Assembly (NCBI GenBank): GCA_964386335.1
Contig: CAYLRQ010000001.1
Span: 13,568-53,618 of the forward strand
Length of the DNA: 40,051 nt
Origin: an uncultured archaeon
GTDB lineage: Archaea > Aenigmatarchaeota > Aenigmatarchaeia > QMZS01
Direction of reading: 5' to 3'
This document shows, one piece after another, positions 9,102-18,400 of this stretch. Every line of letters starts with the position of its first letter. The stretch's first letter is position 1. Position numbers and translations under genes: made by a program. The notes beneath the pieces are model-generated. The model made no database searches, had not been told where the DNA came from, and was given only the letters and a program-made list of their open reading frames with translations.

Positions 9102-12100
9102 TTGCCACCACCTACTACCTTAAACCATTCTTTTTTTACTTCTGTTGCTCCAGTGGAATCTATTCTTATTTTCACCATATAATCACCTTCTGACCAGGTT
9201 CCATTAGGTGCAATTGTAACCAAAGCATATCCATAATTGTCTGTTTTATTTGAAGTAACGGTTGTATAATCTTCCCCTTCTTCCAAGAAGCAACCGCCTG
9301 TGTGAGTAAACTTCATTATTTTTTCTACGGATATGCTGGCATTAATAATCGGGGTATGGTCAAAGTTATATGCTTTCAATATAAAAGTAACATTATCAGA
9401 TATATTAAATCCTTCGTTCATATCTCTGTTTTTTCTAATTAACATAGAAGTGTTGTTGTAAACCACTATATCCCAATTTGGTTTTTCCTTCCAACTCATA
9501 TTTTTATTTTCTTTTCCAAATCTTAAATTACCGTTCCAGATTGCTGTTGGCAAACTGCTTCTCATCTCAACAATTCCAATTTCTTCTCCATAAAAATCAT
9601 AATAACTTGGAGTCTCTGCACTTAGATTAACACCCCACCAATCTTCTGTTATATAAGGGTCATCATCAACTATATTCTGTGTTAACTTCGCATTATTATT
9701 TGTGAAATCATCCAAAGCAAATATATAATAGGTTTTATTCCTGGCTCCGTCTCTATCCAAATCCAAATTAATTTCTGTTTCATTAACTGCTGCAAAGTAG
9801 GTTGTATTTGTATCTTTAGCTATCCAAACTCCGATGCCCGGCCTAACTTTTCCTGAGAGATTTCCTATTGTTATGCCTTCCCACGGACCCGGGCCGATAC
9901 TTGCTAAGTATAAATTTGATGTGAAATTTTCTCCTATTGAAACATTGATTGCATTGCTAAAATCTCCGTCTGTATCAAACCATGCAACTTTTGCACATTC
10001 ATCAATTCCCAGCACAGAACACATGGGATAATTTAAAGTGCTATTTGCCAAAACTATGTTATAATATACTCCACTCAAATTTAAAGCCATCATTCTCCAT
10101 TTTGGATGATTCCAGTCATGTCTCAAAGGTTTTACTTTTGAACTATTAAAGTTCTTCAAGCCAATAACAACTCCGTGACTTGTATTGGAATTGTTTACAG
10201 CAAGAATATAAAACATATAAGAATGATTATTATAATCTAAAATTGTAATCTGATCTCCCTCATTTTTTGCCTGAACATTTGAGAAATTACAATCTCCTTG
10301 TTTTATCCAGACCTTGCTATTATTTCCCGCATTTAAATAAACCCAATAATTAAAGTCCATGCTTAATGTCCAGTTTTCTGATGTATTATTAGCATCGCTG
10401 GGTATTGCAAAATTCGGACAAGATCCTGACCCGTTGCTTGCAGGATTTGCAAACACACCGTCATAAGTTTTTCCCCATTCACTGATATTGCCCATTAAAT
10501 CCAACAACATGCCATAAGTATCTTCCCTATATCTTTGTAAATTTAACTTTTTAAAGTTATTGATATAACCGCCTTCACCAACACAACTATCTGCCAAAAA
10601 TGCTTTTACTTCCACGAAAGGCCATCTCCGTTCTTCCATTATTTCCTTCCCGTCTTTGGTGATTGCCGCCAAACCAAAAGTATATCTTCCTGTCTCCATT
10701 GATTTGTTTAAGATTTGTGACAAATTAACAATTAATTCGCCTGATGCATTTATCCCCACAGGTGTAAAATTTATATCAGACCCCATAAACTCAAACATTC
10801 CATTTGAATTCTCCAATCTGATATGCGTAATTGTAACATTTGCTACTCCCGGACCTCCAGAAGGTTCTTGAATCATCACAGGAACTCTAACCAGATCACC
10901 TAATTTTATTTGTCCCAAGTCGCTCCAATCACCCGGCTTTACAGTATAAACTTTTATTTTCTTGGCATTGGGAGCAATGCTTAGTAAAACCAATTTGCTT
11001 CCTTCCCCAAATGTTCTTTGCGTTACATCGCTATTTACAGAAATAGGTATTGAGAAATTGCTGGTATTTGAGTAAAATAAGGTATCATAAAGCCCCTCTT
11101 TCTGACTATCTGAAATCATAAAGTACACAGTTGAATTTTCTTTGCCATCGCCATTTAAATCAATTCCTTTTTGTTTTTGCTCATTTGGATCAAAATATCC
11201 CAGCCATTCTTCATTTACTGCACCTAGTTTAAATACTCCGCTCTTTGATAAAGAAGTATTAACAAAAGCTCCTGTCTGTGCTAAAACATTTTGGCCATAT
11301 AGGACAACACTGTTGCTATCCAATTTCAAAACCTTCCATTTTCCCCCATAGGAATCATTTATAATCCCGTTAAGTGGAATTCCCTGAATTGAACTAAAGT
11401 TTGGCGTATCGCTCATCCACAGGTGTGTTGTATTATGATATACATAAACAGGTCTTGAAGAATTAAATTTGGGGAAGTGATGAGTAAACCAATCATTATT
11501 ACCCTGCAGATTCTTAATTAAATTTGCAATATAACCAAAATAGAAATTTGAGAAGTTTTTTGAATTATTTGGAGGCGTTATAACAAGTAAACTCGCCCCA
11601 TAATCCTCAAATTTTTTTCCGCAAATTCCTTTTGCATTTTTTATCTTAAAAGAATAAGGAGTAATATTTAAAATTTTCCAGGTTATATTTCCCGCTTCAA
11701 AAGTCTGCCCTATTGTATAATTTCCGAAGACAATGCAATTATTACTACAATTTAGATTATATGCGAAATGCGTTCCATTCACAGCAACACTTATATCAGT
11801 TCCTGTTTCTCCTTGACTGCAGTAGCCCCAATGCCATTCTCCACTTTCTCCCGAGATGCAATAAGCCCCAGCCATAGTGGCATTATGGATTGAACTTGTA
11901 TTAATATTATGTTGCCCATTCATGTCTGAAGTGCAATTAGTTATATTTGTTGATTGATTGAAAGAGCAAACTCCTGACAAATAATTATTATTCAAACAAG
12001 AATCTTCTCTGTTTTCCAATCTTAATTCTCTCTTTGGTGTATCCGTCTGCTGCTCAATCTGTACTTCAGTTATAGTGGGTGGGAAAACCGACACACTCCT

Positions 12101-15100
12101 TGTTTCAAACTCAATATTTTCCATATCTTTATTTCCCTTTATATCTACAATAGTAAGTTCTAGGTTGTATCTTCCTTTTGAAGAAATTATTTTGGATAAA
12201 TTAACTGTAATTGTGCAATTATTTGCTGTACAGGTAACAGTTGTAGAATTTGCCGGTGGTTTTATATGTTCGCCAATTTTTTTATTCTCTATTGCTCTTA
12301 CGCCTGTTTTGGTTTCATTAAGAATTACGGGACTTCCATTAAATGTATAAGCACTGACATTAATTACAACTATATCATCTGGTGCAAATATAACGGGCCA
12401 TTGATCTTTACCCATATAATCCAGCTTTGCCAAGAAAGGAGATACCCTGAACCAATAGGTGCCTATATCAGTGCCTTTGTTTGTCTTAACTTTGACATTT
12501 GCCATAAGATTTCCCGTCTTATTAATTCCGGTTATATTAATTATCCACATTTCTTCTTCTTGCTGAAATCCGCCATAATCTACAGTAACATTTTCCTTGC
12601 TGATTTTATAATTATAATCTGTCCCGTTTTTTAGTACAATAGGAGGCCCTTCTCTAAACAGATTTATGTTTTCTAATGAAGCATTTGTAATAATTAAAGG
12701 CTGTGGCGTACCATTCATTTTTGACTGAGGGTCATAAGCAACCACTCCAAATAAAACATTGCTGTTTACTCCATACGCTCCTCCCATTCCAAAAGATGCC
12801 ATTAAATTACCTTCAACAACATCAATCTGTCTTGCATCAATCCAGAAATTTCTTATCTCAAATCCAGCCCACCCAAAATAAGTATCATTTGTAGAAAGGT
12901 CGGTTAATTTTAAATCTATATGATACCAGCCTGATGGAAGATTGACCGGATTTATTGTCAGAGTTGCGCTTGAATTATAAACAAATCCTTCAATTACCTT
13001 GTAATCTGCGCCTTTCTCCATTTTCTTCATTAGTTGATCATTCCATAATTCATTAACATCTACCTCCAAACCATCACAATCTGTACAAGTTAATTGAGTT
13101 TTTCCTATATCTCTAATATCAAACAAACTTGCTTTATTTATATCGACAACATTTACCCTTATTGAAATATTTTCTCCAGAGCCAAAAATACAAGGCTGCA
13201 TTTGGCACATTGGTTCGCCCCAAATCATATATTTTTTAAGCATGAAATATCCGGTTCCGGTTCCTTCTTCCACGGTGCCGCTCAAATTTGCCTTGAATTT
13301 AAATTTGAACATGAAAAATCCCTCATCATCAGGGGTAATAAATCTTATTGTCCCGTTAACCAAGGTTTCATTTGCAATTGCTCTATAATCCTCTGTAAAA
13401 ACATCCTTATAAGAAGGCCAAACTTTATACATTTCAATAATTTTTGCATCTGTTATTTTACTCGCATCTAATTCCCGCCTTGTCAACAAATCAGTAATTT
13501 TTAATTTAATTTTTATTGTTTCATTTGGAGCATAGAACCAGAAATCGTCTCCTCTGAAATCTACAGGGTTTGCTCTTGCATATAATTTTTGTATTGAAAA
13601 TCTGGATGTGCTTTCTTTCTTACCTAAAGGATGATCAACACTTATCTTAACTTTATAAAATCCTTCTCTCTGCGGAGCATCAAATATAACCATGCATTGC
13701 TTATGCATAATCTCCGGCGGACCTTCATCAGATACATTCAACAAAGTCGGCACTACAGACATATTTACTATCATTAGATTCAAAGAACTTTTATTTAATT
13801 CTTCTCCATTCTCGTCTGAAACACTAAGAACTGTTATTCTATCTGAGCAATTTACTCCATCGCCCTTATAATCCTCTATATCTATAACCCCCACTTCTTC
13901 GGGAGGACCTTCCATCAAACCTTTTGAAGAGTTAATCAGCATTATTGCAATTGAAACCTTGCTATTTGGAGCAAAGGAATCTACCATTGCTTCCGGACCT
14001 CCAGCAGAATCCAAAAATTGTGTATTTATAGCCATTATCTGCAAAGAGACTGACCTAATTTCAAAAGCAGTTAAAAATTCCTGCTTTTTATTGGAGTAAC
14101 TAGCTATAATATCTACTTTATATTTTCCCTCCGGTTTACCTTCTAAATTTAACTCACTTTCATAAGTTCCGTTTCCTCCTGTTAAAGGAACAGAAGTTGT
14201 AGTTCCATCGGGATAACTAATATTGGCGCTGACCGAAGCCCCATCGATAAGTTGCCCGTCTAAAGTTTTCAATCTTGCAACAATTTTTAATTTTGGATTT
14301 GGCGTAAACAGATAAGTTGGCGTCCCTGCAAGATTTGTAATTTCGCCGTATAATTTGAAATTTTCAACTGAAAAGACTTCTGCAGGCGTTCCATTTATCT
14401 CAATAAAATAATTGCCTGTTCCATTGGGAGCTTTAAAACTGGCATTCAAACAACCCTCTTCCGTTGTATTAACTTCTGTCGAATTAATCACATTGCCTTC
14501 GCTATCTACCAAAGTTATATTTACTGTCTGATTTCCTTTTAAATGGTTTGTAGAATTTTCAACAAAACCCACAAAATAAACCTCTTCTCCACCAGAATAC
14601 ATAGAATCGTTTATTGGAGGTGCCAAAATAATTTTATTTCCGGTTGCAAATTCAACTTCTGCAATAACATAATCAACAGTTTCATCAATTTTCTCACCTA
14701 TTTTTCTTGATTTCCAGATTCTTGAGAAGTTCGCACTTTTATCAATATAGACCGAATCATAAATTCCCGGGAATCTGTTATCAACAAGAACAAAGGTAAA
14801 ATTCATTCCATCTTCTGTCAAATTAAAATAAGTTCCATAATGCAAAATTCCCGATAAAGACAGACCTTTCAGTTCAGAAAAGTTATGTCCGTCTTTTGTT
14901 GTTGTATTGGAGATATTAATAATATTATTTGTATTAACAAATTTTACATCGAGCATTCCCGCAAGATGTGCCTTGAAATATAATTTATCACTAACCATTT
15001 TAAAACCTAAAGGAATTGCTTCATTGCCGGCACTTACATTAACTACATAATCACCGGGGATTGTAAGATTTATATAAGCAGGGTCTGTTGTGTGAATAAC

Positions 15101-15343
15101 CATTGCAAAAATATTATTGCTTCCGCCTATCGACATAGCAGAATGATTTGCAATTAAAGTTCCGGAAGAATTATAAAATTTGGCAACTACCAATGTATGA
15201 TTTGTTGAAGTATCAACAACGCCATCTATTATAATATCCTCGCCCAACATATATTCCGTTTTATCTATATTTGTAACTAATGCAAAGGAGGGGATAATTT
15301 GAACTATAAGAGAAAGTACAAACACCAAAAATATCTTTCTCAT
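9098..15343 (-). CDS. Giant secreted surface protein (2081 aa), N-glycosylation-sequon rich
   Basis: Uninterrupted 6.2-kb ORF. N-terminal signal peptide 'IFLVFVLSLIVQIIPSFALV' and no C-terminal TM. Very dense N-x-S/T sequons (about 20 in the first ~330 residues by manual count). Cys-rich patch around 'CLNNNYLSGVCSFNQSTNITNC'. Confidence 0.85.
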   Translation of the reverse strand: MRKIFLVFVLSLIVQIIPSFALVTNIDKTEYMLGEDIIIDGVVDTSTNHTLVVAKFYNSSGTLIANHSAMSIGGSNNIFAMVIHTTDPAYINLTIPGDYVVNVSAGNEAIPLGFKMVSDKLYFKAHLAGMLDVKFVNTNNIINISNTTTKDGHNFSELKGLSLSGILHYGTYFNLTEDGMNFTFVLVDNRFPGIYDSVYIDKSANFSRIWKSRKIGEKIDETVDYVIAEVEFATGNKIILAPPINDSMYSGGEEVYFVGFVENSTNHLKGNQTVNITLVDSEGNVINSTEVNTTEEGCLNASFKAPNGTGNYFIEINGTPAEVFSVENFKLYGEITNLAGTPTYLFTPNPKLKIVARLKTLDGQLIDGASVSANISYPDGTTTSVPLTGGNGTYESELNLEGKPEGKYKVDIIASYSNKKQEFLTAFEIRSVSLQIMAINTQFLDSAGGPEAMVDSFAPNSKVSIAIMLINSSKGLMEGPPEEVGVIDIEDYKGDGVNCSDRITVLSVSDENGEELNKSSLNLMIVNMSVVPTLLNVSDEGPPEIMHKQCMVIFDAPQREGFYKVKISVDHPLGKKESTSRFSIQKLYARANPVDFRGDDFWFYAPNETIKIKLKITDLLTRRELDASKITDAKIIEMYKVWPSYKDVFTEDYRAIANETLVNGTIRFITPDDEGFFMFKFKFKANLSGTVEEGTGTGYFMLKKYMIWGEPMCQMQPCIFGSGENISIRVNVVDINKASLFDIRDIGKTQLTCTDCDGLEVDVNELWNDQLMKKMEKGADYKVIEGFVYNSSATLTINPVNLPSGWYHIDLKLTDLSTNDTYFGWAGFEIRNFWIDARQIDVVEGNLMASFGMGGAYGVNSNVLFGVVAYDPQSKMNGTPQPLIITNASLENINLFREGPPIVLKNGTDYNYKISKENVTVDYGGFQQEEEMWIINITGINKTGNLMANVKVKTNKGTDIGTYWFRVSPFLAKLDYMGKDQWPVIFAPDDIVVINVSAYTFNGSPVILNETKTGVRAIENKKIGEHIKPPANSTTVTCTANNCTITVNLSKIISSKGRYNLELTIVDIKGNKDMENIEFETRSVSVFPPTITEVQIEQQTDTPKRELRLENREDSCLNNNYLSGVCSFNQSTNITNCTSDMNGQHNINTSSIHNATMAGAYCISGESGEWHWGYCSQGETGTDISVAVNGTHFAYNLNCSNNCIVFGNYTIGQTFEAGNITWKILNITPYSFKIKNAKGICGKKFEDYGASLLVITPPNNSKNFSNFYFGYIANLIKNLQGNNDWFTHHFPKFNSSRPVYVYHNTTHLWMSDTPNFSSIQGIPLNGIINDSYGGKWKVLKLDSNSVVLYGQNVLAQTGAFVNTSLSKSGVFKLGAVNEEWLGYFDPNEQKQKGIDLNGDGKENSTVYFMISDSQKEGLYDTLFYSNTSNFSIPISVNSDVTQRTFGEGSKLVLLSIAPNAKKIKVYTVKPGDWSDLGQIKLGDLVRVPVMIQEPSGGPGVANVTITHIRLENSNGMFEFMGSDINFTPVGINASGELIVNLSQILNKSMETGRYTFGLAAITKDGKEIMEERRWPFVEVKAFLADSCVGEGGYINNFKKLNLQRYREDTYGMLLDLMGNISEWGKTYDGVFANPASNGSGSCPNFAIPSDANNTSENWTLSMDFNYWVYLNAGNNSKVWIKQGDCNFSNVQAKNEGDQITILDYNNHSYMFYILAVNNSNTSHGVVIGLKNFNSSKVKPLRHDWNHPKWRMMALNLSGVYYNIVLANSTLNYPMCSVLGIDECAKVAWFDTDGDFSNAINVSIGENFTSNLYLASIGPGPWEGITIGNLSGKVRPGIGVWIAKDTNTTYFAAVNETEINLDLDRDGARNKTYYIFALDDFTNNNAKLTQNIVDDDPYITEDWWGVNLSAETPSYYDFYGEEIGIVEMRSSLPTAIWNGNLRFGKENKNMSWKEKPNWDIVVYNNTSMLIRKNRDMNEGFNISDNVTFILKAYNFDHTPIINASISVEKIMKFTHTGGCFLEEGEDYTTVTSNKTDNYGYALVTIAPNGTWSEGDYMVKIRIDSTGATEVKKEWFKVVGGGK

Positions 15344-15693
15344 AATAATATATTATTTTATTATATTTAAAGGTTTGTATATATTGAAAAATATACTTTT
15401 TTACTAATAAAAAATAATAAAATAGGTTCAACAAACAAACAAGTCCTTCTTATCCGGCCTAAAAGAGAATTTCCGACAAATTCAAAAAGGATTTAAACCA
15501 AATCTTCCATTTTTAAGAGTTGTAAATGGAATCAAACTTAAGCGGGATCTGAATATATGAGGGTCGCCGCTTATATTTAAAGTTTAAAAAATTGTATTAA
15601 TAGAATATTAAAATAGAGAGAACACACAGATGAAAAATTTTTGAATATCCAATTAAAAGCGCATTTTTATAATATAGAAATGGAATACTAATT

Positions 15694-15900
15694 ATGGAGA
15701 AAATTACAAAAGAGACAACTTTGGGAAAAATTTTAGAAAGAGGAGGTGTGGAGAAAATTCTAGAAAAATTTGAGATACCCTGTCTGCATTGTCCTATGGC
15801 GAGATTTGAGATGGAAAATTTAAAAATCGGAGAAGTTTGCAAAATGTACGGGATTGATGCAAATAAATTAATTAAAGAGTTGAATGAACAAAGGCATTAA
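15694..15900 (+). CDS. DUF1858 / hybrid-cluster-protein-associated redox disulfide domain protein
   Basis: 68 aa. 'TTLGKILERGGVEKILEKFEIPCLHCPMA...YGIDANKLIKELNE' matches the small CxxC redox-disulfide (DUF1858) pattern. It lies upstream of the suf genes. Confidence 0.6.
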   Translation: MEKITKETTLGKILERGGVEKILEKFEIPCLHCPMARFEMENLKIGEVCKMYGIDANKLIKELNEQRH

Positions 15901-16056
15901 GAAAGGAAGGGTCAATCTCTAATTATTAAGTTGTTTTTCAAATATATCCTTATCCGCAAGTTGCTTGAAGTTATTATTTAGATTTTATCTGGGTAATAAG
16001 ATTTGATTGAATAATAAAAAATAGAAAAGGGGTAAAGAATAAAATTAAAAATACTT

Positions 16057-16776
16057 ATGTTGTTGGAAATCAAAGATTTGGAAGTTGAAGGAGATGGGAA
16101 AAAGATATTGAAAGGGATTGATTTAGAAATAGAGAAGGGAGAGATTCAGGCAATTCTTGGTCCAAATGCTTCAGGCAAAAGCACATTGGTAAAAGTAATA
16201 TCTGGAAATCCAAAATACAAAATTAAAAGGGGAAAGATTTTATTTAACGGGGAAGAAATTAACAAGATTCAAACGGAGAAAAGAACAAAACTTGGAATTG
16301 CCATAAGCTGGCAGCATCCTCCCGCTATTAAAAATGTAAAACTTTCTAATCTGCTGGATAAAATTTCCAAAAAGCATGTTGAAATTGAAAAATTTGGTGT
16401 CGGTAAAAATATGCTGGAGAGGGAAATAAATTTAAATTTTTCGGGAGGGGAAAAAAAGATTTCAGAATTGCTACAGATAATATCTTTAAATCCAAAACTC
16501 GCAATTTTTGATGAAATTGATTCTGGACTGGATATCAAAAAATTGGAAAAAGTTGGAGAAATTATAAAAAAAGAGTTAATTGATAAAAAAGTTTCGGTTT
16601 TATTAATTACGCACGGTGGAGAAATACTTAATTTTCTGAAACCCGCTTTTGTTAATGTGATGGTTGACGGAAAGATAATATGCAAAGAAAAAAATTTTAA
16701 AAAGGTCTTAAAAACCATAAGAGAGTATGATTATGAAGAATGCAAAAAATGCAAATTATATTCAAAGAGATCATAG
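16057..16776 (+). CDS. sufC: Fe-S cluster assembly ATPase SufC
   Basis: Walker A 'GPNASGKST', signature 'FSGGEKK', Walker B 'LAIFDEIDSGLD' and H-loop 'LLITHG'. A soluble ABC ATPase next to a SufB/D gene. Confidence 0.88.
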   Translation: MLLEIKDLEVEGDGKKILKGIDLEIEKGEIQAILGPNASGKSTLVKVISGNPKYKIKRGKILFNGEEINKIQTEKRTKLGIAISWQHPPAIKNVKLSNLLDKISKKHVEIEKFGVGKNMLEREINLNFSGGEKKISELLQIISLNPKLAIFDEIDSGLDIKKLEKVGEIIKKELIDKKVSVLLITHGGEILNFLKPAFVNVMVDGKIICKEKNFKKVLKTIREYDYEECKKCKLYSKRS

Positions 16777-17635
16777 TGCAAGTATTTTAAAATCTGAAGG
16801 TGTTGAATTGATGAGAATTTCAGAAGCTTTAAATAAATATGGGTGGTTAAAAAAATTTTTATATGGAAAACCAAAAGAAGGCTATTTTATATTTGTTAAG
16901 AAGCAGATAAAATATCCTCTTATTACTTGCGTAACCATTAATTCCAAAAAGATAAAACAGGAAATGCAGAACATAGTGATAATTGATAAAAATTTGAAAA
17001 TTTCCATGCAGGGAACATGCAGTTCGTTAAAGAAAGATTTGGAGGGGGTGCATTACGCAAGAGGCAAGATAATCCTGAAGGAAGGCGCTCATCTTAAATA
17101 CAATCATCTGCACTCATGGAACGATGGAGATGAAGTAAATTCGAATTATGAATTTTATTTAGAGAAAAACTCCAGACTGGATTATAATTACAATACTGTT
17201 TCATCACCAAAAAATTTATCGCTTACAACAAAAGTTGTGTGTTTGAAAAAGTCTGCTGCAAATCTGAAGATAAGCGGTATCTGCAAGAATTCTAAGATGA
17301 AAATAAAAGAGAATTTAATATTGAAAGAAAATAATTCCTCCGGCATACTGAAATTGAGATTTGTTGGAAAAGAGAACAGCGAAATTTTATCGCACTCGTC
17401 AATTACGGCGGAAGCAGAATGCAAAGGTCATTTGGATTGTCAGGGTTTGCTCGTTGATAAAACTTCAAAAATTTCATTAATTCCAGAATTGGCGTGCAAA
17501 GACAACAGATCTCAGATAACACACGAAGCATCAATTGGAAAAATCTCCGAGGAAGAACTGCATTATCTCAGAACAAGGGGTTTGAACGAGCAGGAGGCAA
17601 TAGATTTGATAGTCAATGGTTTTTTGGAAATATAG
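16727..17635 (+). CDS. sufBD: Fe-S cluster assembly scaffold SufB/SufD family protein
   Basis: C-terminus 'ITHEASIGKISEEELHYLRTRGLNEQEAIDLIVNGF' is the SufB/SufD signature. The short 302-aa form occurs in reduced archaea. The start may be the downstream Met at 16811, which avoids a 50-nt overlap with sufC. The last ~21 nt plus the stop lie inside the 30-bp direct repeat. Confidence 0.8.
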   Translation: MIMKNAKNANYIQRDHSASILKSEGVELMRISEALNKYGWLKKFLYGKPKEGYFIFVKKQIKYPLITCVTINSKKIKQEMQNIVIIDKNLKISMQGTCSSLKKDLEGVHYARGKIILKEGAHLKYNHLHSWNDGDEVNSNYEFYLEKNSRLDYNYNTVSSPKNLSLTTKVVCLKKSAANLKISGICKNSKMKIKENLILKENNSSGILKLRFVGKENSEILSHSSITAEAECKGHLDCQGLLVDKTSKISLIPELACKDNRSQITHEASIGKISEEELHYLRTRGLNEQEAIDLIVNGFLEI

Positions 17636-17644
17636 AAAATTAAA
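17615..17644. repeat. Direct repeat, left copy (aatggttttttggaaatatagaaaattaaa)
   Basis: A 30-bp string covering the sufBD C-terminal codons and TAG stop. It is repeated perfectly at 20029-20058. Confidence 0.95.
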
Positions 17645-17790
17645 AAATAAGAATCTTCATTCGGAGGATAGATTTTTGTTTCCATTTTTTATATTTAAGT
17701 TCATAAATAAAGTATGAGCCAAAGATTTATAAAATTTCGCTTTAACTCCTATTTGAGAGATCATACGAATAAAAAGTGTGTGAAATACTC

Positions 17791-17814
17791 GTTAGTTGCA
17801 ATTTTTGGCGGTGC
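17791..17814. repeat. Unit 1, 5' inverted-repeat arm (gttagttgc ... ttggcggtgc)
   Basis: gttagttgc (17791-17799) is the exact reverse complement of gcaactaac (18222-18230). tttttggcggtgc (17802-17814) pairs with gcaccgccgaaaa (18171-18183) with one G-T position. Confidence 0.85.
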
Positions 17815-17838
17815 TTTAAAGCGAAAGGTATTTAATTT

Positions 17839-18165
17839 ATGACTGAAGAAAAACGATTAATTAGCTATTGTGGAATTTGTTGTTCATTATGTCCCGCTTT
17901 CAGAGAAAAAGAGTGTCCCGGATGCCAAAAACTTTTAGAATTATCTGGTAGATGTGAAATTGCTAAATGTGCAAGCTCAAGAAATATTGAGTGCTGCTTT
18001 TTGTGTAAAGATTTCCCTTGTAAGTTGTTTGAAGAAGGTTTTGATTGGAATTTGGATGAAATTCCAGAATTCAAGGAATTCAAACTTGGTATAGTTAAGT
18101 GGAAACCCTATAGCAAAGAATATATCAGATTGTTTAAAATTGGAAAAGAAAAAACAGAAAAATAA
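17839..18165 (+). CDS. DUF3795-like Cys-rich (putative metal-binding) protein
   Basis: 108 aa. 'CGICCSLCPAFREKECPGCQK...CEIAKCASSRNIECCFLCKDFPC' matches the DUF3795 cysteine pattern. It is enclosed by the unit-1 inverted repeats. Confidence 0.6.
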   Translation: MTEEKRLISYCGICCSLCPAFREKECPGCQKLLELSGRCEIAKCASSRNIECCFLCKDFPCKLFEEGFDWNLDEIPEFKEFKLGIVKWKPYSKEYIRLFKIGKEKTEK

Positions 18166-18170
18166 TTTTC

Positions 18171-18230
18171 GCACCGCCGAAAACTCTTCGGCTTACTTCG
18201 TAAGCCTCGCCACTATCGTGGGCAACTAAC
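18171..18230. repeat. Unit 1, 3' inverted-repeat arm with inserted hairpins
   Basis: It starts 5 nt after the stop codon. gcaccgcc pairs back to 17807-17814. Local hairpins are gccgaa/ttcggc (18176-18192) and ggcttac-ttc-gtaagcc (18190-18206). It ends with gcaactaac. Visibly GC-rich. Confidence 0.85.
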
Positions 18231-18231
18231 A

Positions 18232-18301
18232 GCAAATATGCGAGAAATCTGCACTTCGTTTGATTTTCCCAAATCGCCTATCGGCGACTTCGCATATTTG
18301 C
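18232..18301. repeat. 12-bp perfect-stem hairpin at the junction between units 1 and 2
   Basis: gcaaatatgcga (18232-18243) pairs with tcgcatatttgc (18290-18301). An inner hairpin is tcgcc-tatc-ggcga (18274-18287). The hairpin is flanked by AACTAAC on the left and GTTAAGT on the right. Confidence 0.85.
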
Positions 18302-18306
18302 GATAT

Positions 18307-18363
18307 GTTAAGTCCAATTGAGGTCGGCTCGCAAGTATGATATCTCCCAAATGGGCGGGCTTT
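18307..18363. repeat. Unit 2, 5' inverted-repeat arm (three blocks)
   Basis: gttaagtcc (18307-18315), ttgaggtcggc (18318-18328) and gggcgggcttt (18353-18363) are reverse complements of 19577-19585 (9/9), 19507-19517 (11/11) and 19483-19493 (10/11). Confidence 0.88.
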
Positions 18364-18400
18364 CAAAAGATTTTTATATCTTTAATCATTGACTAAAATT

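Noticed and set aside
9834-13471. Multiple 60-120-aa ORFs on the plus strand inside the giant gene; similar shadow ORFs lie inside valS, EF-2, ABCE1, SecY, SufC and the TPR gene
   Set aside because: They are antisense or alternative-frame ORFs within long, well-supported CDSs. Their low-complexity composition is typical of shadow ORFs in AT-rich DNA.
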